DNA of 64,000 nt from a virus. The position numbers and the translations under genes are program-made. Location: positions 2,616-66,615 of the IMG/VR virus record IMGVR_UViG_3300027708_000068. One strand, written 5' to 3'. Below the pieces are notes generated by a model. That model did no database searches, was not told where the DNA came from, and saw only the letters and a list, made by a program, of their open reading frames with translations. Shown piece by piece: positions 26,532 to 36,524 of the stretch; the stretch's first letter is position 1, and every line of letters begins with the position of its first letter.

Positions 26532-26700
26532 CATTAATTGGAAAAACTTTAAGGCTGGGACATCATTTTTTATTCCCGCTTTGAATTGCATGCAGGCTAA
26601 GCAGGATATAGGCCGTGTTGCAAAAAGATTAAAGATGCTGATTTTGATGCAAGTTGTTATTGAAGAAGGCATCAGAGGAGTTCGTGTCTGGAGGGTTTGA
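26506..26700 (+). CDS. Small hypothetical protein (64 aa)
   Basis: 'G.SFFIP...GVRVWR'; GGAG RBS. Confidence 0.7.
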   Translation: MRVERLSYNINWKNFKAGTSFFIPALNCMQAKQDIGRVAKRLKMLILMQVVIEEGIRGVRVWRV

Positions 26701-26765
26701 GTTATACTATAAGGGCAGACCACGTCTGCTTTTCCTTGGAAGATAGCTCCTTCCTACCCTCTTTG

Positions 26766-26790
26766 TCCCCGCCTAGTGCGGGGATTTTTT
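26766..26790 (+). terminator. Rho-independent terminator at the convergence of the two arms
   Basis: TCCCCGC-CTAGT-GCGGGGA-TTTTTT. Confidence 0.85.
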
Positions 26791-29700
26791 ACTTTTGCCC
26801 TTGCTTAAGGACTGGAATAAAGTAAGCAAGCATGTCTTCTGTTGGAATACGTACGCCTTTGTAAGTTAAAGCACGGGCATCTAACGCGGCATTTAATGTG
26901 TTATCAATAGCCTCCCCATCAACCATTAACTTTTCCATACCAATATATTTTTTATTGTGCTGGCGAATTTGATTAATAACTGGCTGCAAATCTTTCTTGT
27001 CACCATTAAATTCTTTGTTCAAGATAGCGTCATTCATATGTTGCAGAATTTTAGTTCTATCTTGATTAGCTTTGATATATTCACCCTTAAGTTCAAAGCC
27101 AACTTCTTGTGTACGAGCTAACTTAGTAGGAGGAGAGCCTGCAGCCTGGGCTAAAATGTTAGCTATAGTTATATCTTCCTTCTTAATAATAGTGTCGCCA
27201 GCTTTAGTCTTAGCACCTTCTGTTGCAAGTCGTGCAGCCACTAAAGGATTTTTAAAGAAAGCAGGCAAAGCTTTTTCTAAACCACGTTCAATATGACCAT
27301 TCTCAAAGTCATCTAATGCACCAGCTTGACCTAGGATACCTGATACCGCTGGTCCAATGTTAGCCAATATAAAATTGTTAAACGCTTCTTTATTAGTCTT
27401 AGCAGGTTGGCCTCCACGGAACCACAAGTTATCGAACGATGTACGTGAGCCAATGTTAATGTCAGTAATTGAAGAGATAGGACCGCTATAAAGCATATCT
27501 GCTGTTACAGGACCAAAGTTCTCTTGTAAGAATCTACGGAAACGCAAGTCTGCGTTCTGATACACCAACGGGTTTTGTGCACGGCGACGGCGTTTCTCTT
27601 CATCATCCTCACCTAAGTCACTTAAAGCTTCTACTACTGCACCAACAGTACTATAGAGCGGCATACCTTTTAGACCATGGAACATAGCGCCCATCATCAA
27701 TACACCACCAAGAATTTTCATACTTTCAGCAGCTTCTTTAGGGTTCTTCATAACCTGAGTAGAAGTATAGGCATGGCGGATAAAGAAAGATGTCATGTTA
27801 GCTGCATACATTTTGAACTGAGAAATAACAGGAGCGTATTTAAATGCTTCAGGTCTTTCCATTGCATCGTAGCGACCCATATTATCTTGCACAGCAGCAA
27901 TAGCTTTATTAATAGACTCATCAAAATTCTTAGTCTTTTCATAGTGCAACTCAAATGCCATCATGGATGCAATCTCACGGCTGATACGCTCGGAACCGCT
28001 AAACAAACCAGACATAATATTTGCAGTAGTACGTAGTACTTTCTTAGGCAGATTAAGGGTTGCATTTAATGGAGTGCGACCACGTTGGGAAAGAAGGTTA
28101 TTCTCGGTAAATGCAAACAAGCCACGTTCTTTAAGTTCAGCATAAGCTTTTGATAGGGTCTTGTTATTCTTAACACGGGTTGAATCAGCTACAGATATTG
28201 TGACAACAGGTAGATGGTCAGGCGACATCTTAGCTTGATAACCCATACTATTTAAAATATTTGAGTAAGCCGCGAACTTGGCGGATGCTCTACCAACACC
28301 ATAGCGTGCAGCCATTACTGGGTAAATCATTACGGGTACAGCTACTAGCTGAACTGCTGCAGACATAGCTCCTGTAAGCAACATGTAATATGCGTAGCGA
28401 GTAGCCAAAGAAGCTAGTATGTTAGGTGTCGGTGGGTTTAACTGTTCAACTGCCCTACGAGATACAGCATCAATAAACAAGCCAAGCTTAGCTTGCTCTG
28501 GGTTTCCAGACAAACTATCCCTTGCACGGGTAATCTCAGCTTCCATTTGGTCTGCATATTTAAGGCGTGGGATTTGACTAGCTATACGGTTAGCAGATTC
28601 GGTAAAATTACGGAACACATCGGCACTAAAGCCAGCTACATTTTCTGCGTGTAAAAACTGCTTACGAATACTAGACTCAGGCAAAGTCATTAACCAAGTT
28701 TGATAGAGTTGGTCTTTAAGTTCTTCGCTAGAGATTTCATCCATCTTAGCTTTGTCAACAATCTCAAACATGTTTTTTAGCATTGAGCTTTCACGATGGT
28801 TAGTGCGACGCAAGGAGGCAATATCATTACCTTCACTCATTTCGTTATCAGTAAACATCTGCTCTACGGATTTATTAGCTTCTCTAGCTTTCTTAATCTT
28901 ATATAGCTCACGTTGCGCTGCAGTATCAAACAAAATAAAGCCTTTATCAGCACCCGCTTCACGCAACCAAACTGCGCCATGGCGCATCAATGGGAAGTAT
29001 TCTTGTATTGCATCCTTCTCTTGCATCTTGCGAATCTCAGCCATTAACTGGCCTTTAGGAGTCTTCTCATCTTTAACATCACCGGGCAACTCTTGTAGGC
29101 GCTCAATCCGCTCATCTAGTAAGTGGCGTGTAAGGTTGTAGTTATCTTTGTAAAACTGACGTACCATCTTATACATCTCATGGCCACCTTCAACTTTACC
29201 TAAACGCTCCCAAGCATCATAAACAACTTGAATGTCATTCTTACGTTTAGTTACTTGGCCTTTTAAAGAAGGTAGTTTTACTGGGTCAGTAGCAGGGTCA
29301 TTAATCTGTGCTTCTATAGCTTTAATCTTAGGGTCAGCTGCAACAGCGTCAATAGCGGTAGCGTGCGCATCTGGTGTAACACCTTTTAAACGCCCTAGGT
29401 GCATTGAGTTACCTAACAACTTATCATTGCCTTTACCACTTACAAGCCATTCAGCTAATTCATCGGTTTTCTTTGCATAGGCATCAAGCATACTTGTACG
29501 CATAGCAGACATCTTTTGCGTAAAGTCATCAATCTCTTTTAGACCCGGAATTTTATCCCCCATCCAACGGATAATGTCAGATGTACGCAATACATAAAGC
29601 ATAGCTTGAATAGCATCTTGCCCCATGCCTTTAAGCTTAGAGTTTAAATAATCTTTATAATCTTGGAAGTCATGCCCGTCTCTAATAACCCCGCCCAAAC

Positions 29701-32700
29701 CTTCGGTAATCTCATGTATCTTTTGGCTAAGCATAACCTTCTTAACATCACGGTCAACTTTCTCTACCTTATCTTTCTTTTGACGAGCTGCGCTTACTCC
29801 CGATACTTCTATTGTTGGCTTGTATTGTAATAAACCTTCAGTAACAAGTATTAAATCTTGCAGAGCAGACTGGTGGTTTCTATCCATGGCAAATAACTGA
29901 CGAATAGAATTAGTAAAGGCATTGAATAAAGTTTTAAAGAATCCTGGTTGGTCAGGAATTGCTTCGCCCTTAGTTTCTAACAAAAACTGTTGCATAACAT
30001 CTTCAGTTAAGCCATAAGCAACAAATTCTTTTAAGTCTTCAAACACGCCAACACGGTTAAACAAATCATCAAGGCGTGGGTCAACTGGCTCACCAGATAA
30101 TTTCTTTTCTAAAAAAGCATCTTGTGCATTAAACATAGCCATCTCTAGACCATGAATAGCATCTAGTAAAGCCGCTGGTATTTTAGAACCCCGCTCAAGT
30201 AGTTGTAGGTATTCGTCAATACGGGCATTGGTTGCAGCATGTAAAGCTTCGTGCAGGAATACGGTATTATTTGTGCCTTGGAAATCTTGAGCATTACCAA
30301 AAGCTGGGCCACGTAAAAAGATGAATTTAAGGGTCTTTCCATCAGTAGGTCTTGTCCATTGACCAAATACACCATTAGCACCTTGGAAAGAATCTTTAAG
30401 AGTACCATCTGTAGTTCTTAACTCTGGTAATTCATTCTCTGCATTAACAATTTGTAATTGCACATCCTTAAGGAATGGAGCCAAACGGCGGGCCAAGAAA
30501 CGCTCAAAGGTTGTACCGTTTGCAAGGATATGGTTAATAGCTTGCTGAGTAGTCTTAAAGCCTAAGTACTTATCATTATGTACACCACTAGTTGTAGTCT
30601 GTGAAGATTTAGATACCTTAGCAATGCCACGTTTTTTTGTATCAGCACGTACTTGAATATTAGCACGTTCTTGTGGAGTAATAGATGGGTGGTCCAAACC
30701 TACCTTAGCGGTTGCACCTAATTTACCAGAACGTTGAGGGCCAGTAGCTACACCATGTAATGTATCTAGTGCTTGGTTGCGGTCAGTTCTATAACGCATG
30801 CCAGCATCAAGGTACGCATCTTGAGTTTTAAATTCGTCTCTTGACGGCTCAGGAAGTTCAAGAACGGCTTTAGCTGCAGCTATTTGTTTGTCTGTGGCTT
30901 TCCACTCTTTAGTCTGGGTAGCCTTAGCTTGCTTCTTAGCAACAGCTTCTTCAGGGGTTAATACGGCGGCTGGACGACCAGTACGTTTACCTTTAGTTGC
31001 TTGTGGAGCTGTAGTTGTGGTTGTTTCTGTGGGTGTGGTTGTAAGTAAACTAGCAGCTTCGCTTGATACATCTATAGGATAACCAGCCATTAAACCATTT
31101 GCGTATTTAAGACCTAGTTCATATGCTTGTTTTTCTTGTTTATTTTTGTAATCTTTAGCGCCTTTAGAATATCCATTTCTTGCATCTCTGCCGCCCATTT
31201 CAAAAGCATTAATTAAAGGCCATCTTTCCGCAGGGGGTTGGTCAAACCCGGGTCTTCCATCTGTTCTTACATTATTTGTATTAAACAATGTATGCGCCAT
31301 TGTACCCGTATCATTTTGAACTTTTTGGCTTTCTGATGAGTCAAGACTTTGTAAACCAGGAGTAACTGGTGTTGCTTTTATAGGTGCAGGTGCTGCCGTA
31401 GTTGGAGTAGGTTGTGTAGTGACTTTAGGAATAACTACTTTGCTAACTGTTTCATCAAATGCCGGATGCAATGTACCTAAGTCACTAGAATTTAAATTAC
31501 CTTCTTCTAGTAAGTAGTCAGCAAATTCATTAGCTTTTTTCTTACCTATAGCTGGAGTAAAGTGTTGCAAAATATATGAACGAACTTTTTTCATGGTAGG
31601 GGATTTACCAGTCTGTTCGTACTCTTGTTGAGCTATTTTATAACCCTCTTGTGCTTGTTGAAGCACACCCATTACTTGTGCTGAGGCTTGGATTCTATCG
31701 TTTAATGCACTTGGTTCATTCGTTTGCACAGCCTCTGTTCGTACTCCAGGTTGTCCAGTAGCTCCGACAGGGCTTGCCAATCCTGTAGGTTGAGATGTCG
31801 TAACTCCTCCGGTGGGCTGAAGTCCATCTTGAGGCACAGAAACGCTTGGCTGATTTGCTCCGGGGACAACTCCATTACTCTGCTGTGTTCCATTTTGTGT
31901 CTCCTCTAATACTAATTTTTGTGCATCTGCTAATGGTATACCAAGTTCAGTTGCTTTGGCTTGTACTTGCGCTTCTATATTTGGCGCTGATGCTTGCGCT
32001 GCAGTTTGTTTTATTGCAGTATCTAAAGGCATTGCAGGTATTGGAGTGCCTTCAGCAGATTGAACTACTGGTCCAGGAGGAGGTGTAGGTGTAGGTTGTC
32101 TTGCTGCAATAGCTTCTTTTTGTGCGGATTTAAATGTACTTACTGCGCCAGCAGGAGCACCGAATATTTCACCAAGACCTTCTTCCATAATTGCAATTGG
32201 GTCTAAGTTTTGGCTAGCTGCTAAGGAACCAATAGTTTCTCCAGCCATACCGTACAACGCTTGCACACCGACTTCTTTACCTACTTGTTTAGCAACGTCT
32301 TTTGCCACGCCTCTTTCTACATCTTTAAGCACGGTACGAGCTGCATTACCCGCAGAACCGAATGAGGCTGCATCAAACAAACCAATAGCACCAGACTTAA
32401 CTCCAGCCTTTTCCCAAGCTTCATCGTGTGGCATACCTTGTGCACGGTACTCAGCGTAGGTATTACCGAACTCCATCATTGCGGAAGTTGCGCCTGCTGA
32501 AGCCGCTGCAGTTGTAGGGCCTAGCTTAAAGAAAGATGCAAGTATTGCAGGTACAGCCATAACCAAAGAAGAAGGGGCTGACTCTAAACCAATACCAGCG
32601 ATGTATCCAGGAATTTCAGATTTGTTGTTTAACAGAGTAGAACCATAAGCTTTTAGCTTATCAAACGTATCTAGCTTCTCATACTCTGGGCTGCTACCCA

Positions 32701-33214
32701 TAGCACGGATTTCTTTTTGTAATGGGTTAATACCACGTTTTTGTTCGATAGCTGCACGTTCTTCACCATATCCAGCTATCTGTTGAATCTTATCTTGAAT
32801 AGCTTTGTCTCGTGCGCTAATAGCTTCTAATTCGCTGGCAGGAGCTTTCTCGTAGAACTCGCCATACTTACGTTTATCAGCTGCTTGTAATTCCATTAAG
32901 CTAGCAATTTGGTTTGCCGTTGCCGCTTGTTTAACACCAACAAAACCTTTTTCCACAGCGCCTAAACTAGCTTGGCTTGGGGTAAGTACGTCAGTTACTG
33001 CTCTATTAATATCTGATATAGCACCAGTTATTCCAGTGCTCTCGGGTTCTTCTGTAGGTGCGGCAGATACGGTTACTTGCCCCTGTGGTTCTGGTTGTGC
33101 AGATATTTTCTGAGTTGGCAGAATATCATTTTGAATGGCCGCAAGAATAGCATCTTGGGACATAGAGTCGGGGAAATTAACCTGCCCAACATTAGGTATA
33201 TTTACGATTGGCAT
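26789..33214 (-). CDS. Giant internal virion (ejection) protein, polyvalent, with zincin motif (2141 aa)
   Basis: Last gene of the structural arm; 'FLHEALHAAT' HExxH; hydrophobic helical C-terminal region. Confidence 0.75.
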   Translation of the reverse strand: MPIVNIPNVGQVNFPDSMSQDAILAAIQNDILPTQKISAQPEPQGQVTVSAAPTEEPESTGITGAISDINRAVTDVLTPSQASLGAVEKGFVGVKQAATANQIASLMELQAADKRKYGEFYEKAPASELEAISARDKAIQDKIQQIAGYGEERAAIEQKRGINPLQKEIRAMGSSPEYEKLDTFDKLKAYGSTLLNNKSEIPGYIAGIGLESAPSSLVMAVPAILASFFKLGPTTAAASAGATSAMMEFGNTYAEYRAQGMPHDEAWEKAGVKSGAIGLFDAASFGSAGNAARTVLKDVERGVAKDVAKQVGKEVGVQALYGMAGETIGSLAASQNLDPIAIMEEGLGEIFGAPAGAVSTFKSAQKEAIAARQPTPTPPPGPVVQSAEGTPIPAMPLDTAIKQTAAQASAPNIEAQVQAKATELGIPLADAQKLVLEETQNGTQQSNGVVPGANQPSVSVPQDGLQPTGGVTTSQPTGLASPVGATGQPGVRTEAVQTNEPSALNDRIQASAQVMGVLQQAQEGYKIAQQEYEQTGKSPTMKKVRSYILQHFTPAIGKKKANEFADYLLEEGNLNSSDLGTLHPAFDETVSKVVIPKVTTQPTPTTAAPAPIKATPVTPGLQSLDSSESQKVQNDTGTMAHTLFNTNNVRTDGRPGFDQPPAERWPLINAFEMGGRDARNGYSKGAKDYKNKQEKQAYELGLKYANGLMAGYPIDVSSEAASLLTTTPTETTTTTAPQATKGKRTGRPAAVLTPEEAVAKKQAKATQTKEWKATDKQIAAAKAVLELPEPSRDEFKTQDAYLDAGMRYRTDRNQALDTLHGVATGPQRSGKLGATAKVGLDHPSITPQERANIQVRADTKKRGIAKVSKSSQTTTSGVHNDKYLGFKTTQQAINHILANGTTFERFLARRLAPFLKDVQLQIVNAENELPELRTTDGTLKDSFQGANGVFGQWTRPTDGKTLKFIFLRGPAFGNAQDFQGTNNTVFLHEALHAATNARIDEYLQLLERGSKIPAALLDAIHGLEMAMFNAQDAFLEKKLSGEPVDPRLDDLFNRVGVFEDLKEFVAYGLTEDVMQQFLLETKGEAIPDQPGFFKTLFNAFTNSIRQLFAMDRNHQSALQDLILVTEGLLQYKPTIEVSGVSAARQKKDKVEKVDRDVKKVMLSQKIHEITEGLGGVIRDGHDFQDYKDYLNSKLKGMGQDAIQAMLYVLRTSDIIRWMGDKIPGLKEIDDFTQKMSAMRTSMLDAYAKKTDELAEWLVSGKGNDKLLGNSMHLGRLKGVTPDAHATAIDAVAADPKIKAIEAQINDPATDPVKLPSLKGQVTKRKNDIQVVYDAWERLGKVEGGHEMYKMVRQFYKDNYNLTRHLLDERIERLQELPGDVKDEKTPKGQLMAEIRKMQEKDAIQEYFPLMRHGAVWLREAGADKGFILFDTAAQRELYKIKKAREANKSVEQMFTDNEMSEGNDIASLRRTNHRESSMLKNMFEIVDKAKMDEISSEELKDQLYQTWLMTLPESSIRKQFLHAENVAGFSADVFRNFTESANRIASQIPRLKYADQMEAEITRARDSLSGNPEQAKLGLFIDAVSRRAVEQLNPPTPNILASLATRYAYYMLLTGAMSAAVQLVAVPVMIYPVMAARYGVGRASAKFAAYSNILNSMGYQAKMSPDHLPVVTISVADSTRVKNNKTLSKAYAELKERGLFAFTENNLLSQRGRTPLNATLNLPKKVLRTTANIMSGLFSGSERISREIASMMAFELHYEKTKNFDESINKAIAAVQDNMGRYDAMERPEAFKYAPVISQFKMYAANMTSFFIRHAYTSTQVMKNPKEAAESMKILGGVLMMGAMFHGLKGMPLYSTVGAVVEALSDLGEDDEEKRRRRAQNPLVYQNADLRFRRFLQENFGPVTADMLYSGPISSITDINIGSRTSFDNLWFRGGQPAKTNKEAFNNFILANIGPAVSGILGQAGALDDFENGHIERGLEKALPAFFKNPLVAARLATEGAKTKAGDTIIKKEDITIANILAQAAGSPPTKLARTQEVGFELKGEYIKANQDRTKILQHMNDAILNKEFNGDKKDLQPVINQIRQHNKKYIGMEKLMVDGEAIDNTLNAALDARALTYKGVRIPTEDMLAYFIPVLKQGQK
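31702..31893 (-). CDS. Overprinted 63-aa protein in an alternative frame of the giant gene
   Basis: AGAGGAG SD 7 nt before ATG; amphipathic helical sequence; overlaps a low-complexity linker of the host ORF. Confidence 0.6.
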   Translation of the reverse strand: MEHSRVMELSPEQISQAFLCLKMDFSPPEELRHLNLQDWQALSELLDNLEYEQRLCKRMNQVH

Positions 33215-33231
33215 CGTTGTATTTTACCTAA

Positions 33232-36114
33232 TTATTGGTTGGGTACGTAGTTTAATATTCCATTTTGGCCCGGTACTAATTTACCCCCTACCGGTACTTG
33301 TGTATTTCCAGGTATATTAGGGGTAACTACAGGCTGTGCGCCACCACTTTTAGCATTACCTAACTGCGTATTAAACTCCGTTTCAACTGCTCTGCGTCTA
33401 GCTTCAATTGCAGCAGCATTGGCTTTTTTCTCGGCATCTGTACCAGTAAACTCTAATGTACGTTGTTGTTTGAATAAGTTATTAAGTTCTTGGTCTTTAG
33501 CTATCCTATCACCTAATGCACTAGCAACTTGCGTTGCACCATAAGGACGAGTTGCAGCAAAGTATTGTTGTTGGGCTTTTTGTAAAGTAATTGGGCTATC
33601 AGGACTATAACCTTGTGCAACCAATGCGTCATACTCAATCTTAATACCAGCTTTATCTTTAGCACTTGCTTTCTCAGCACTGATACCCGCAGCAGCAACA
33701 GTAGCCCCCGCATGGATTTGAGCAGCTTTAATAGCCGCGTCAGCTGCTGTTTCAGAACCAAGAATTTTAACGAGGTCATCACGAGTGGCTTTTTTGTCTT
33801 CACGATATGCTTTAAGAATATCTGCTTCAGAGTTATAACCAAATTTACCAAGTTCAAACTGTTGTTTAGCCAAATCTAGTTTAGCTTGTTTTTGTTCTTT
33901 AACATCTTGTGCATAGCCAGCAATAGCAGGTTGTACGCCCTGACCAATATTAACACCGCCAAAAGGAGATGCACCGCCCATCATACCCATACCTGCTTGG
34001 AGTAAGCGTAAACCCTGAGAAGACTTAGCATCTGCTTCAGTAGTCAAACCAGCTTGAGATAACATATCACCATACTTAGTAGCAAAATCAGTTTTAGGTT
34101 GCATTGCCTTGTTCTTAGCAATTTGTTCTTCCATTGGGGTTTTATATTCTTGCATTAACATAGACTTAATGGAACTATCATCTTTTACTACATCCCCTTC
34201 AGCAAACGCAACAATACCACCACCAGCGCCTTGGTAGTTATAGTTTTGACCAATACCCGCTGGACGCATCTGGCTACGAAACGCTTGTTGCCCTGTAGCT
34301 GCTTGCGCAGTTTGTGGGTCGTTCATTCTTGGGTCAGCTTTTTGAGCTAATTGTTTATCATCTAAACGACCAAGCATTGCATCTAACTTGGGAGCAGGTA
34401 CACCGCTAGCAATACCGCCTTTAGCCATCTTAACAATGTCTTCAGTGGAACCACCTTGGGCAGCAGTAGCTAACTTATACGCGCCAATACCAGCAGTACC
34501 AAGACCAGCCAATGTAGATACAGAACTTGGCGCAGCCTGATAAGACTGAGTAGTAGTTGCTTGCATAGGTAAACCACGCAATAAAGAACTCATGTTTGCT
34601 AACTGAGTCATTGGGTATTGCTGAGCAGTAGCGTAGTTTTGAATCTGCTGATTAATAATATTTTGTTGTTGTGCTTGCTGAGCAGCACCTGCAGCTTGTT
34701 GAGCCTGTGCAATATTAAGTTCAGTACCTGTTTGTTGACCAGCAATATTAGCCAAATTAGTACCTTGAGCACCAAGTTGTTGATATGCAGCTTGTTGAGC
34801 AGCTGTACCTTGTAAACCAGTATTAGCTCCAGATATGCCTTGTCCGTATAACTGATTGGCTGTAGAAAGACCTTGTAACCCAGCTTGTTGACCTTGCATT
34901 GCAGCATTAACACCAGATAGACCCACACCAGCACCCTGCATAGCCGCTTGTTGACCAGCGAGCCCAGCATTAACACCAGCCAAACCAGTATTAGCACCTT
35001 GAATATTTGCTTGTTGTCCAGCAAGAGCGGCGTTAACACCGGATAGACCTACACCAGCACCTTGCATAGCAGCCTGTTGGCCTTGAATACCTTGAGCTGT
35101 ACCTTGCATACCAAGATTGGCTGCAGTCTGCATATTCTGATTAGCTGTATTATAGGCTTGGTTATACGCATTACCAACAAGTTGGTTCTGTGCAAGCATT
35201 TGGTTTTGTTGGTTTAATCCCTGCATAACGGCTTGACGACCACCACCAAATGCACCCTGTTGAGTAGCTTGTCCTTGATTTTGCGCATTAATTTGCCCAA
35301 ATTGTTGGTTCTGAAGCTGCATAGCTGGGTTTAATGTAGCTTGCAAATATGGGTTCATATAAGACTGAACTGCTCCAGCATTAGTAGCATTTTGTCCATA
35401 AGATAAACCTTGCTCCGCACCCAATGCCCCATAACCAGCAGCATTTTGACCAGCTTGCATACCAGCATTTCCATAACCTAAACCACCAACAGTACCAATA
35501 GCCCCTGCAAGTTGACCAGCTTGTGCGCCTTGATTGCCGTAACGCATACCACCCATAGTACCAAGAGCAGCTGCAGTTTGACCGGCTTGGGCACCCATAC
35601 CACCATAACCCATACCACCAACAGCACCAATATCAGCAGCATTTTGACCATATTGTTGTGCTTGCGGAGCCAAACTAGCTGCACTAGCTCCAAAATTAGC
35701 GCCTAACCCACCATACTGAGCAGCTGTATTTGCAGTACTTAAAGCGCCTAAACCGGCTGTAGTAGCATAATCCGTACCTGTAGCATATTGCCCAGGAGTT
35801 TGCATATTAGCAATATTAGACTGGGCTTGTTGTTGTAATGGAGAAAAGCCAGCAACATAATCTGTTGGACTAGAGCTATACGGAGTATATGGCTTCATGC
35901 TGGTTACATTACCAGAGTCATCATAATTAAAAATCTGTTGCTGAGCAGCACCAAGCATTGTTTCTACATAAGGCTGAGCATATGTAGGGATATTAGTATT
36001 AGTTACGTTAGTTTGGGTAGGTGCTGGGGAACCCGAAGAACCACCGCCGCTAGAGCCGCCACGAGCAACACCGCCGTCAGCAAATAATTTTTGTTTCCAT
36101 CTTAATAAACTCAT
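33232..36114 (-). CDS. Internal virion / DNA ejection protein, Gly-Ala-Gln repeat-rich (960 aa)
   Basis: 'YMNPY...GAFGGGRQA' and G/A/Q repeats; located between tail and giant protein genes. Confidence 0.75.
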   Translation of the reverse strand: MSLLRWKQKLFADGGVARGGSSGGGSSGSPAPTQTNVTNTNIPTYAQPYVETMLGAAQQQIFNYDDSGNVTSMKPYTPYSSSPTDYVAGFSPLQQQAQSNIANMQTPGQYATGTDYATTAGLGALSTANTAAQYGGLGANFGASAASLAPQAQQYGQNAADIGAVGGMGYGGMGAQAGQTAAALGTMGGMRYGNQGAQAGQLAGAIGTVGGLGYGNAGMQAGQNAAGYGALGAEQGLSYGQNATNAGAVQSYMNPYLQATLNPAMQLQNQQFGQINAQNQGQATQQGAFGGGRQAVMQGLNQQNQMLAQNQLVGNAYNQAYNTANQNMQTAANLGMQGTAQGIQGQQAAMQGAGVGLSGVNAALAGQQANIQGANTGLAGVNAGLAGQQAAMQGAGVGLSGVNAAMQGQQAGLQGLSTANQLYGQGISGANTGLQGTAAQQAAYQQLGAQGTNLANIAGQQTGTELNIAQAQQAAGAAQQAQQQNIINQQIQNYATAQQYPMTQLANMSSLLRGLPMQATTTQSYQAAPSSVSTLAGLGTAGIGAYKLATAAQGGSTEDIVKMAKGGIASGVPAPKLDAMLGRLDDKQLAQKADPRMNDPQTAQAATGQQAFRSQMRPAGIGQNYNYQGAGGGIVAFAEGDVVKDDSSIKSMLMQEYKTPMEEQIAKNKAMQPKTDFATKYGDMLSQAGLTTEADAKSSQGLRLLQAGMGMMGGASPFGGVNIGQGVQPAIAGYAQDVKEQKQAKLDLAKQQFELGKFGYNSEADILKAYREDKKATRDDLVKILGSETAADAAIKAAQIHAGATVAAAGISAEKASAKDKAGIKIEYDALVAQGYSPDSPITLQKAQQQYFAATRPYGATQVASALGDRIAKDQELNNLFKQQRTLEFTGTDAEKKANAAAIEARRRAVETEFNTQLGNAKSGGAQPVVTPNIPGNTQVPVGGKLVPGQNGILNYVPNQ

Positions 36115-36524
36115 ATTTTTGTCTCTACAATAATGTACCGCTCTTCAAACCCATAACGACTCCACAAACGAGCTATTGCTTCTCTAGCCGCACCTTGTAT
36201 TTTAGTCGCCCCAAAGGACTTCAAAACATTTCTTAACTGCGCAAAAGTATCTCGGTTAGACACTAATCTACCACCAATAAACGTTATAAATGCTACACGG
36301 TCATTCGGCATATTAATAAAGTTTACCGTCGCTGCTCCATGTAATTTACCTTCTTCATCTGCTGCTACTAACAATAACCATGACCCTTGTGCTATATACA
36401 CTTTAATCTGGTCTAATGTGTAATCATCGCCACCAAACTTTTGAGCTTCAGCAATATACTGCTCGACCAAAGGCCAAGTTTGATGCACATGCTGATGGGC
36501 TACGTGACTAATTGTTAAGGTCAT
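36111..36524 (-). CDS. GNAT-like protein of the virion module
   Basis: 'G..AR..IARLW.RYGF' end; typical position between ejection genes. Confidence 0.5.
   Translation of the reverse strand: MTLTISHVAHQHVHQTWPLVEQYIAEAQKFGGDDYTLDQIKVYIAQGSWLLLVAADEEGKLHGAATVNFINMPNDRVAFITFIGGRLVSNRDTFAQLRNVLKSFGATKIQGAAREAIARLWSRYGFEERYIIVETKI

Noticed and set aside
27151-27162. CTAAAATGTTAG, a one-base-deletion lookalike (also CTAACATTTAG at 4388)
   Set aside because: The deletion breaks half-site spacing; likely chance or decayed.
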